NCBI GenBank assembly: GCA_963844935.1
Contig: CAWJQH010000003.1
Location: forward strand, 172,430-236,429
Direction of reading: 5' to 3'
From: an uncultured Bacteroidales bacterium
Lineage (GTDB): Bacteria; Bacteroidota; Bacteroidia; Bacteroidales; VadinHA17
DNA: 64,000 nt
Positions 19,372 to 27,131 of this stretch are shown here, piece after piece. Both the position numbers and the translations under genes were made by a program. Under the pieces are notes generated by a model that did no database searches, had not been told where the DNA came from, and saw only the letters and a program-made list of their open reading frames with translations. Position 1 is the first letter of the stretch; the number at the start of each line of letters is the position of its first letter.

Positions 19372-20660
19372 TGAAAACAATATTATACCCGCCACAGGAG
19401 GAATGGAGCCTCCTGTGCAGGAGGCCAGGCATAAGCAAAAATGACCTGGAAAACCTTGTTAAAAACATCATAGGCAGAGTAAGAGATGCCGGCGACAATG
19501 CCATCCGTGAATTCTCTGAGCAGTATGACGGTTTTACTCCCAAGGCGTTAAAAGTGGACGAAGAGCAAATAGCGGCTGCAGCAGCAAGCATCCCGGAAGA
19601 ACTGAAAGCAGCCATTGAGATGGCCAGGTTAAACATTGAAAAGTTCCACCTCCTGCCTGATCCTGCAATAAAGGTGACGGAGAGTATCAGGGGTGTGAGA
19701 TGCTGGAGCAGGGAGCTGCCAATAGAAAAAGTAGGGCTCTATATACCCGGAGGAACGGCTCCGCTCTTCTCAACAGTGCTCATGCTTGCCATACCCGCTT
19801 CACTGGCAGGATGCAGGGAGATAATCCTCTGTTCTCCTCCAGGGAAAAACGGTGAGATCGACCCTCTGATCCTTTATGCTGCCTCGGTTTCAGGTGTGAC
19901 TGCAATATACAGGGTTGGCGGTGCGCAGGCAATAGCTGCCATGGCTTATGGCACTGAGACTGTTCCGTCGGTGTATAAGATCTTCGGACCCGGAAATCAG
20001 TATGTAACAAAAGCAAAACAGCTGGTGCAGACTGACGGCATTGCTATTGACATGCCTGCAGGACCAAGCGAGGTGCTGATAATCGCAGATAAAACCTCCG
20101 ACCCCCGGTTTGTAGCCGCTGACCTTCTCTCACAGGCTGAACATGGACCTGACAGCCAGGTAATTATGCTGACAGACAGCAGTGAGTTGATTGACATGGT
20201 AAGAGACGAGGTGGCACTTCAGGTAAAGCAGCTGAAGAGGAGAGATATAGCCTTAAGGGCTCTCGAAAACAGCGCCCTTATTTTACTGAAATCTTCTGAT
20301 GATTGCATCCGTTTCAGCAATATGTACGCCCCTGAACATCTTGTTATTACAGTTTCCAGTCACCGCTCACTCGCAGACAGGGTAATTAATGCTGGGTCGG
20401 TCTTTCTCGGAACATACAGCTGTGAAAGTGTTGGCGACTATGCAAGCGGCCCTAATCACACACTGCCTACAAATGGCTATGCAAAAAGTTTCAGCGGAGT
20501 GTCAACAGAAAGCTTCATGAAGAAGGTCCTTTTTCAGGAGGTCACACCCGAAGGATTAAGAAACCTGGGGCCGGCAGTAGAGTTAATGGCTGAGGCAGAA
20601 ATGCTTGATGCACATAAAAATGCTGTTTCAATCAGATTAAAATCACTGAACAATGAATGA
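19368..20660 (+). CDS. hisD: histidinol dehydrogenase
   Basis: 430 aa; YIPGGTAPLFSTVLM, AGPSEVLIIAD and SQAEHGPDSQ; ATGA overlap with hisG. Confidence 0.94.
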   Translation: MMKTILYPPQEEWSLLCRRPGISKNDLENLVKNIIGRVRDAGDNAIREFSEQYDGFTPKALKVDEEQIAAAAASIPEELKAAIEMARLNIEKFHLLPDPAIKVTESIRGVRCWSRELPIEKVGLYIPGGTAPLFSTVLMLAIPASLAGCREIILCSPPGKNGEIDPLILYAASVSGVTAIYRVGGAQAIAAMAYGTETVPSVYKIFGPGNQYVTKAKQLVQTDGIAIDMPAGPSEVLIIADKTSDPRFVAADLLSQAEHGPDSQVIMLTDSSELIDMVRDEVALQVKQLKRRDIALRALENSALILLKSSDDCIRFSNMYAPEHLVITVSSHRSLADRVINAGSVFLGTYSCESVGDYASGPNHTLPTNGYAKSFSGVSTESFMKKVLFQEVTPEGLRNLGPAVELMAEAEMLDAHKNAVSIRLKSLNNE

Positions 20661-21684
20661 TACTGAAAAACTCGTCAGAGACAATGTCAGAAAACTCATC
20701 CCCTACTCATGTGCAAGGGATGAGTACGGAGGCAGGGAGGGCATCTTTCTTGATGCCAATGAGAATCCCTTCGGCGACCTTAACAGGTACCCCGATCCCT
20801 ATCACAGGGAACTCAGATCGGCGCTCAGCCATCTGAAGGGATTACCTGCAGAAAACATCTTCACCGGAAACGGCAGTGATGAGGTGATTGATCTCTGTTA
20901 CCGTATTTTTTGCAACCCTGGCAGAGATAAAGCGCTGATATTTAATCCTACATACGGTATGTATGAAGTTTCTGCAGCAGCAAATGACATTGAAGTCATA
21001 AAAGTACCGCTTGATGAAAATTTCAATATCAATATCAGTGCTGTTGAGCCATACTTTGATGATGACAGGCTTAAGCTGATCTTCATTTGTTCGCCAAATA
21101 ATCCGACCGGCAACAGCATGAACAGCAACGATATTGAGTTTATAATCCGCAACTTCAGAGGTATCGTAATAATTGATGAGGCATATATCGACTTCAGCGT
21201 GCACCCTTCCTTCAGTCTTAAGATATTGCAGTATCCCAATCTTGTGGTCATGCAGACTTTCAGTAAGGCGCTCGGGCTTGCTGCGGCAAGGATCGGGATG
21301 GCATTTGCAGCTCAGGAAATAATAAAGTACTTCTTCAGGATGAAGCCTCCCTACAATATTAGCACCATAAACCAGGCTGTGGCTTTAAAAAAACTTGATG
21401 AAATAAGTGAAAGCAGGGACCAGGTAAAAAGGATCATTGAAGAGAGGTGCCGGCTGGTCCAGAGCCTGGCAAAACTTAAGGTAGTGGAAAAGATCTATCC
21501 CTCGGATGCCAACTTCCTGCTTATAAAAGTCATGGATGCCGATTACATTTATAACATGCTTCTTGAAAAAGGAGTTATCGTCAGGAACCGGAGCAGGATG
21601 ATCAGCAACTGCCTTCGCATAACAGTAGGTACTGCAGATGAAAACAGCAGGATGATAAGTGAACTTGAAAAAATAACATTATGA
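20653..21684 (+). CDS. hisC: histidinol-phosphate aminotransferase
   Basis: [17 protein letters not shown] and the [17 protein letters not shown]-lysine motif; overlaps hisD and hisB. Confidence 0.92.
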   Translation: MNDTEKLVRDNVRKLIPYSCARDEYGGREGIFLDANENPFGDLNRYPDPYHRELRSALSHLKGLPAENIFTGNGSDEVIDLCYRIFCNPGRDKALIFNPTYGMYEVSAAANDIEVIKVPLDENFNINISAVEPYFDDDRLKLIFICSPNNPTGNSMNSNDIEFIIRNFRGIVIIDEAYIDFSVHPSFSLKILQYPNLVVMQTFSKALGLAAARIGMAFAAQEIIKYFFRMKPPYNISTINQAVALKKLDEISESRDQVKRIIEERCRLVQSLAKLKVVEKIYPSDANFLLIKVMDADYIYNMLLEKGVIVRNRSRMISNCLRITVGTADENSRMISELEKITL

Positions 21685-22769
21685 AAAAAGTCCTCTTTGT
21701 CGACAGGGATGGAACCATTATCTATGAACCGGCTGACTGGCAGATTGACAGCCTTGAAAAGCTTGAGTTTCTTCCGGGTGTGATAACAGCGCTCTCCCGG
21801 ATAGCGGGTGAGACTGATTATGAGCTGGTAATGGTTACGAACCAGGATGGGCTTGGAACGGACTCCTTTCCTGAGGCTGCTTTCTGGCCGGTACAGAACA
21901 AGATGCTTTCGATACTGAAAGGCGAGGGAATCATCTTCTCTGAGATATTTATAGACAGGTCGCTGCCTGAAGCAAACTCCCCTTCACGCAAACCCGGGAC
22001 AGCCATGCTGACACGCTACCTGGCACAAGGCGTTGACCTTGCTTCATCATATGTCATCGGTGACAGGGAGTCAGATATAAAATTGGCAGAGAATCTGGGC
22101 TGCAGGGCTATTTATCTGTCAGATAAAAGGGATGACCGTGCAGCTCTGACCACAAAAGACTGGAATGAGATCTTCAGGTTTCTGAAGAGCATACCCAGAA
22201 CTTCATCCGTAACAAGAGAGACAAAGGAGACCAGGATCCGGGTAGAACTGAGTCTTGACGGCTCAGGAAAATGCTCCATAAAAACAGGTATCGGGTTCTT
22301 CAACCATATGCTTGAGCAATTTGCAAAACACAGCGGAACAGATATTTATCTCGATGCAGAAGGAGATATTGATGTAGATGAACATCATCTGATTGAAGAT
22401 GTGGGAATAGTCCTCGGAACAGCATTCAGTAACGCACTCGGCGGCAAAAGGGGTATTGAAAGATATGGCTTCACACTCCCGATGGATGATGCCCTGGCAC
22501 AGGTGGCAATTGACTTCGGAGGCAGGCCTTGGCTTGTATGGGATGTGGATTATAAATCAGGGAGCATAGGCAGTATGCCGGCTGAAATGGTTTATCATTT
22601 TTTTAAATCATTCTCTGACAACGCAAAGTGCAACCTTAATATGAAAGCAGAAGGACAGAATGAGCACCATAAAACGGAAGCTCTGTTCAAGGCATTTGCC
22701 AGAGCAGTGAAAATGGCATTGAAACATTCAGGCAGCTATGACCTGCCGTCAACCAAAGGGATACTATGA
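21681..22769 (+). CDS. hisB: bifunctional histidinol-phosphatase / imidazoleglycerol-phosphate dehydratase
   Basis: N-terminal HAD phosphatase ([16 protein letters not shown]). C-terminal IGPD ([28 protein letters not shown]). Confidence 0.93.
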   Translation: MKKVLFVDRDGTIIYEPADWQIDSLEKLEFLPGVITALSRIAGETDYELVMVTNQDGLGTDSFPEAAFWPVQNKMLSILKGEGIIFSEIFIDRSLPEANSPSRKPGTAMLTRYLAQGVDLASSYVIGDRESDIKLAENLGCRAIYLSDKRDDRAALTTKDWNEIFRFLKSIPRTSSVTRETKETRIRVELSLDGSGKCSIKTGIGFFNHMLEQFAKHSGTDIYLDAEGDIDVDEHHLIEDVGIVLGTAFSNALGGKRGIERYGFTLPMDDALAQVAIDFGGRPWLVWDVDYKSGSIGSMPAEMVYHFFKSFSDNAKCNLNMKAEGQNEHHKTEALFKAFARAVKMALKHSGSYDLPSTKGIL

Positions 22770-23347
22770 TAGCAATACTGAAATACAATTCCGGCAATAT
22801 TAAATCCGTCCAGACAGCGCTCGACAGAGAGGGGTGCAGAAGTCTCATCACCGACAAACCTGATGAGATCGCCGCAGCTGACAAGGTAATCATCCCGGGA
22901 GTAGGGGAAGCACGGTCGGCAATGCAGTACCTGAAAGAGAGGGAGCTTGATGTTTTGATCCGCTCGCTGAGACAGCCCGTGCTCGGGATCTGCCTGGGAC
23001 TTCAACTGTTGACAAAACACTCGGATGAAGGTGATACTGAGTGCATTGGCATCTTTGACACAATTGTAAAGAGGTTTCCTCCCGGCGACAAGGTCCCTCA
23101 CATGGGATGGAACAATTTCATATCGCTGAATCAAAAGGATCTGTTCCGGGGGATCAGGATCGAAGACAACGTCTATTATGTGCACAGCTACTATGCAGAT
23201 GTAAATTCTGACACCGTTGCCGCATGCGATTATATACTCCCGTTCAGTGCGGCAATGAGAAAAAATAACTTTTATGCGACCCAGTTCCATCCTGAAAAAT
23301 CGGGAGCAACAGGTGCCCTGATCCTGAAAAACTTCCTCGAACTATGA
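22766..23347 (+). CDS. hisH: imidazole glycerol phosphate synthase, glutamine amidotransferase subunit
   Basis: Class I GATase with GICLGLQLL (nucleophile Cys) and FHPEKS. Confidence 0.93.
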   Translation: MIAILKYNSGNIKSVQTALDREGCRSLITDKPDEIAAADKVIIPGVGEARSAMQYLKERELDVLIRSLRQPVLGICLGLQLLTKHSDEGDTECIGIFDTIVKRFPPGDKVPHMGWNNFISLNQKDLFRGIRIEDNVYYVHSYYADVNSDTVAACDYILPFSAAMRKNNFYATQFHPEKSGATGALILKNFLEL

Positions 23348-24069
23348 GAATAATTGCAGCCATTGATATCCTTGACGGAGAGTGCGTACGGCTTATCCAG
23401 GGAGATTATGAAAAAAAGAAGACGTATGACAGGGATCCGCTAAAGGTTGCAAGGCAGCTCGAAGATCATGGAATAAAACACCTGCATCTGGTTGACCTTG
23501 ATGGTGCACGAACTAAAAAGATTGTGAATTACAGCGTGCTTGAATTTATTGCAGGATCAACGTCACTAAGGATCGATTTCAGCGGAGGGATAAGGTCTGA
23601 TGACGACTTAAGAAGAGCGTTTGATAGTGGCGCCTCTCAGGTAACCTGCGGCACTGTTGCTGTTACTGACCCTCCTCTCTTCCTTGAATGGTTGAGAGCC
23701 TGGGGCCCCGAAAAGATAATACTCAGCGCCGATTTCAGGTACAGGAATATTGCCACCGGGGGGTGGACAGAAAAAACGGAGATTGATATAATCACCTTCC
23801 TGAAGAAATACCGGGCTGAGGGTGTTATATATACAGTATGTACCGACATTGAAAAGGATGGCATGCTTAAGGGCCCCTCTCTTGACATGTACAGGGAGAT
23901 AGTTACGATAACCGGGCTGAAGCTTATTGCCAGCGGAGGCATAACAACGGCCGATGAGATAAATAAATTGAAGGAGACTGGATGCGAGGGGGCAATTATC
24001 GGCAGAGCCCTCTATGAAGGAAAAATAACATTAAAGGAACTCCGGGAGCTATGCTTAAGAAACGAATAA
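23344..24069 (+). CDS. hisA: 1-(5-phosphoribosyl)-5-[(5-phosphoribosylamino)methylideneamino]imidazole-4-carboxamide isomerase
   Basis: [15 protein letters not shown] and SGGI motifs of HisA; operon position between hisH and hisF. Confidence 0.92.
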   Translation: MRIIAAIDILDGECVRLIQGDYEKKKTYDRDPLKVARQLEDHGIKHLHLVDLDGARTKKIVNYSVLEFIAGSTSLRIDFSGGIRSDDDLRRAFDSGASQVTCGTVAVTDPPLFLEWLRAWGPEKIILSADFRYRNIATGGWTEKTEIDIITFLKKYRAEGVIYTVCTDIEKDGMLKGPSLDMYREIVTITGLKLIASGGITTADEINKLKETGCEGAIIGRALYEGKITLKELRELCLRNE

Positions 24070-24806
24070 TACCATGCCTTGACATCAAGGACGGACGCAC
24101 TGTCAAAGGGATCAACTTTATCAGCATCAGGGATGCAGGTGACCCCGTTGAACTTGCCAGAGTTTATATGGATCAGGGGGCGGATGAGCTTGTCTTCCTC
24201 GACATAACCGCAACTGTTGAGAAGAGAAAGACACTTGCATTGCTTGTTGAACGTATAGCCTGTGAAATCAGTATTCCATTCACTGTCGGCGGCGGTATCA
24301 GCTCACTTGATGACGTTTCCATGCTTATCAGGTCGGGAGCTGACAAGGTGAGTATCAACACCGCGGCAGTGGATGATCCCAGCCTGATTTCCGGTATTGC
24401 AGGAAAATTCGGAAGCCAGTGTGTGGTGGTGGCCATAGACACACAGCTGGTCAATGACAGATGGATGGTGTTTGTTAACGGCGGAAGAACGGCAACAACC
24501 CTGAAAGCTGTTGAATGGGCTGAGAAAGCAGAAAAAAATGGTGCCGGCGAGATACTGCTTACCTCAATGAACTCTGACGGTACAAAAGCCGGATTCTCAA
24601 TAGATATTACCCGTGAAATAAGCCACAATGTAAATATTCCTGTCATTGCTTCCGGCGGAGCAGGTTGCATGGAACATTTCAGGGAGGTCTTCAAGGAAAC
24701 AGAATGCAGCGCCGCACTCGCAGCCAGCATATTTCATTTTAACGAGATTTCAATCCCTGACCTTAAAGACTATTTGTCAAAGAATAACATAAACATAAGA
24801 TGGTGA
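24051..24806 (+). CDS. hisF: imidazole glycerol phosphate synthase, cyclase subunit
   Basis: [32 protein letters not shown] and ASGGAG. Confidence 0.94.
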   Translation: MLKKRIIPCLDIKDGRTVKGINFISIRDAGDPVELARVYMDQGADELVFLDITATVEKRKTLALLVERIACEISIPFTVGGGISSLDDVSMLIRSGADKVSINTAAVDDPSLISGIAGKFGSQCVVVAIDTQLVNDRWMVFVNGGRTATTLKAVEWAEKAEKNGAGEILLTSMNSDGTKAGFSIDITREISHNVNIPVIASGGAGCMEHFREVFKETECSAALAASIFHFNEISIPDLKDYLSKNNINIRW

Positions 24807-25393
24807 ATATAGATTTTAAAAAGGGTAACGGTCTTGTTCCTGTTATCATTCAGGACAACACGACCATGCAGGTACTCATGCTCGGGTTTATGAATGAAGA
24901 GGCTCTTTCAAAAACAGAGCAGGAGGGCAGGGTCACATTCTTCAGCAGGAGCCGCAATATGCTGTGGACCAAAGGAGAAACATCAGGCAACTACCTCTAT
25001 GTAAAAGAGATACGCACCGACTGCGACAGTGATTCAATTCTTATCCTGGCTGATCCGGCAGGCCCGGTATGTCATACCGGATCATTCTCATGCTTCGGAG
25101 ATGATACTGCCAGGGGATTTTTATATAAGCTGGAAGGGATTATCAGTCAAAGAATTGATAATGATACGGAAGGTTCGTATACAAATAAAATCTTCCGGAA
25201 GGGAATCAACAGGATTGCACAGAAGGTGGGCGAGGAAGCGGTGGAGCTGGTAATAGAAGCCAAGGATGATGACACCGGTCTGTTCAAAAACGAAGCCGCC
25301 GACCTGCTGTATCATCTGCTTATTCTTCTGAAGGCTAAATCAGTAAGCCTGTCAGATATAGAAAAAGTATTGTCTGAAAGGCACAGGAAATAA
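24800..25393 (+). CDS. hisIE: bifunctional phosphoribosyl-AMP cyclohydrolase / phosphoribosyl-ATP pyrophosphatase
   Basis: N-terminal HisI ([28 protein letters not shown]). C-terminal HisE ([22 protein letters not shown]). Confidence 0.92.
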   Translation: MVNIDFKKGNGLVPVIIQDNTTMQVLMLGFMNEEALSKTEQEGRVTFFSRSRNMLWTKGETSGNYLYVKEIRTDCDSDSILILADPAGPVCHTGSFSCFGDDTARGFLYKLEGIISQRIDNDTEGSYTNKIFRKGINRIAQKVGEEAVELVIEAKDDDTGLFKNEAADLLYHLLILLKAKSVSLSDIEKVLSERHRK

Positions 25394-25463
25394 CAGTTTT
25401 GGGCCTCGTGTCGGTAAAAGGTTAAAAAAATAAATACCGGACTTTATATTTATGAATAATTGT

Positions 25464-25471
25464 TATATTTG
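25464..25471 (+). promoter_or_regulatory. -7 promoter motif TATATTTG
   Basis: Exact TAnnTTTG match only 6 nt upstream of the trp leader ATG, which implies a very short or absent 5' UTR. Confidence 0.4.
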
Positions 25472-25477
25472 CATCAG

Positions 25478-25522
25478 ATGAAGACAAAAATATTATATAC
25501 CTGGCGCTGGTGCAGCTCATAA
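25478..25522 (+). CDS. trp leader peptide (MKTKILYTWRWCSS)
   Basis: 14-codon ATG ORF with two TGG codons separated by one codon (W-R-W). Alternative pairings and a terminator follow, then the TrpB-like gene. Confidence 0.7.
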   Translation: MKTKILYTWRWCSS

Positions 25523-25575
25523 GATGAAGCTGTGATTCAAGCCATTATATAATATCATAAGATAATTATGCATAG

Positions 25576-25604
25576 AGGCACGCTGATCACAGCGTGCCTT
25601 TTTT
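25576..25604 (+). terminator. attenuator terminator of the trp leader
   Basis: Perfect 10-bp stem AGGCACGCTG (25576-25585) / CAGCGTGCCT (25590-25599) with an ATCA loop, followed by T6. Confidence 0.8.
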
Positions 25605-25629
25605 ATTTATTAACCTTAATTAAACAGCT

Positions 25630-26994
25630 ATGGAAAAGATTACCAAAATTCTGTTAAGCGAAAACGAAATGCCCCGGCAGTGGTACAATATTGTTGCTGA
25701 TATGCCAAACAAGCCGTTGCCGCCGCTGAACCCCGCCACCGGTAAGCCGGTGGGCCCGGAAGATCTGTCGGTCATTTTTCCGATGGAGCTTATAAAACAG
25801 GAAGTATCGGCTGAGAGATACATTGATATCCCTGATGAGGTACTCGATCTGTACAGGACCTTTCGCCCCTCACCTCTTTTCCGGGCACGGAACCTTGAAA
25901 AGGCCCTGGGAACAAAGAGCAGGATATACTACAAATATGAGGGCGGTAATTATTCAGGCTCTCATAAGGCAAATACTGCCATCCCGCAGGCATATTACAA
26001 TAAAATGGAAGGCGTAAGGCGGATAACAACAGAGACAGGAGCCGGTCAGTGGGGAAGCGCAATGAGCTTCGCATGCAACCACTTCGGACTTGAACTGCTT
26101 GTATTCATGGTAAAAGTCAGTTACAATCAGAAACCCGGGCGCAAGCTCTTAATGAATACTTACGGTGCCAGGGTCGTTCCGTCGCCAAGCACAATGACCG
26201 CTGCCGGAAGGAGGGTGCTTGAACTCGATCCTGAGTCACCGGGAAGTCTTGGCATCGCCATTTCCGAAGCAATGGAGATTGCTGCACAGGATCCGTACAC
26301 AAAATACTCGCTCGGCAGTGTGCTTAACCATGTTATTCTTCATCAGACCATTATAGGTCAGGAGGCATTGCTCCAGATGGAAAAAACCGGTGACTACCCC
26401 GATGTGGTGATCGGATGCTTCGGCGGGGGATCAAATTTCTCCGGAATTGCATTTCCATTCCTGCGCGAAAACCTGAATAACGGGAAAAAGACTAGGCTTG
26501 TAGCTGTCGAACCTTCCTCCTGTCCCAAGCTGACAAAAGGAAAATTCACGTACGATTTCGGTGATCAGTCAGGCATGACTCCTCTATTGCCCATGTACAC
26601 GCTGGGTCATAATTTCATTCCGGACAAGATCCATGCGGGGGGTCTTCGTTATCATGGTGCCGGCGTCCTCGTCAGCCAGCTGCGCAAGGACGGATTTGTC
26701 GAGGCAAAAGCCAAGCAGCAGCGTGAATGCTTCGAAGGAGGTATTCTCTTCGCCAGAACGGAAGGTATCCTTCCTGCACCTGAATCGTCATATGCCATTG
26801 CCGGCGCTCTTGATGAAGCAAGGAGAGCGGACATTGAAGGTGTGTCAAAGACAATTCTTTTCAATCTCAGCGGCCACGGTCATTTTGACATCTCTGCCTA
26901 TGAGAAGTATTTCGAAGGCAACCTGCCTGACCATGAAACCACGGCAGAGGAGATAGAAAAGTCCCTTTCGGAGCTGAAACTACCTGTTACCTGA
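25630..26994 (+). CDS. trpB2: TrpB2-type tryptophan synthase beta-like PLP enzyme
   Basis: 454 aa with the N-terminal extension typical of TrpB2 (MPRQWYNIVADMPNKPLPPLNP), the GSHKANTA PLP-lysine motif, and GCFGGGSNFSG. No trpA or other trp genes are adjacent. Confidence 0.85.
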   Translation: MEKITKILLSENEMPRQWYNIVADMPNKPLPPLNPATGKPVGPEDLSVIFPMELIKQEVSAERYIDIPDEVLDLYRTFRPSPLFRARNLEKALGTKSRIYYKYEGGNYSGSHKANTAIPQAYYNKMEGVRRITTETGAGQWGSAMSFACNHFGLELLVFMVKVSYNQKPGRKLLMNTYGARVVPSPSTMTAAGRRVLELDPESPGSLGIAISEAMEIAAQDPYTKYSLGSVLNHVILHQTIIGQEALLQMEKTGDYPDVVIGCFGGGSNFSGIAFPFLRENLNNGKKTRLVAVEPSSCPKLTKGKFTYDFGDQSGMTPLLPMYTLGHNFIPDKIHAGGLRYHGAGVLVSQLRKDGFVEAKAKQQRECFEGGILFARTEGILPAPESSYAIAGALDEARRADIEGVSKTILFNLSGHGHFDISAYEKYFEGNLPDHETTAEEIEKSLSELKLPVT

Positions 26995-27014
26995 ACGGAC
27001 GGGTGAGTGATACA

Positions 27015-27048
27015 AGAAGAGAGGCATCATCGCTAATGCCTCTCTTCT
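27015..27048. terminator. 13-bp perfect hairpin between convergent trpB2 and nrdJ (no clear U-tract)
   Basis: AGAAGAGAGGCAT (27015-27027) pairs with ATGCCTCTCTTCT (27036-27048) across an 8-nt loop. It sits between two convergent genes. Confidence 0.45.
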
Positions 27049-27070
27049 CATTTGATAATGATTTAAAAGT

Positions 27071-27120
27071 TCCCCCTTGATAAGGGGGAGTATCCCGGCC
27101 ATAGGTCGGGAGGAGGGGGT
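27071..27120. repeat. structured intergenic repeat, family 2, single-arm copy
   Basis: Two hairpins, CCCCCTT-GAT-AAGGGGG (27072-27088) and CCCGGCC-ATA-GGTCGGG (27094-27110), followed by the purine tail AGGAGGGGG. It is collinear with 49871-49920. Confidence 0.65.
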
Positions 27121-27131
27121 TATAAAATCTG

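Noticed and set aside
22736-23290. Long antisense ORFs opposite well-supported genes, for example 22736-23290, 24173-24730, 34212-34772, 33797-34345, 50949-51605, 17367-17876 and 46657-47127.
   Set aside because: These are shadow ORFs on the strand opposite strongly conserved coding sequence. They have low-complexity or Ser/Arg/Cys-rich translations with no recognisable motifs.
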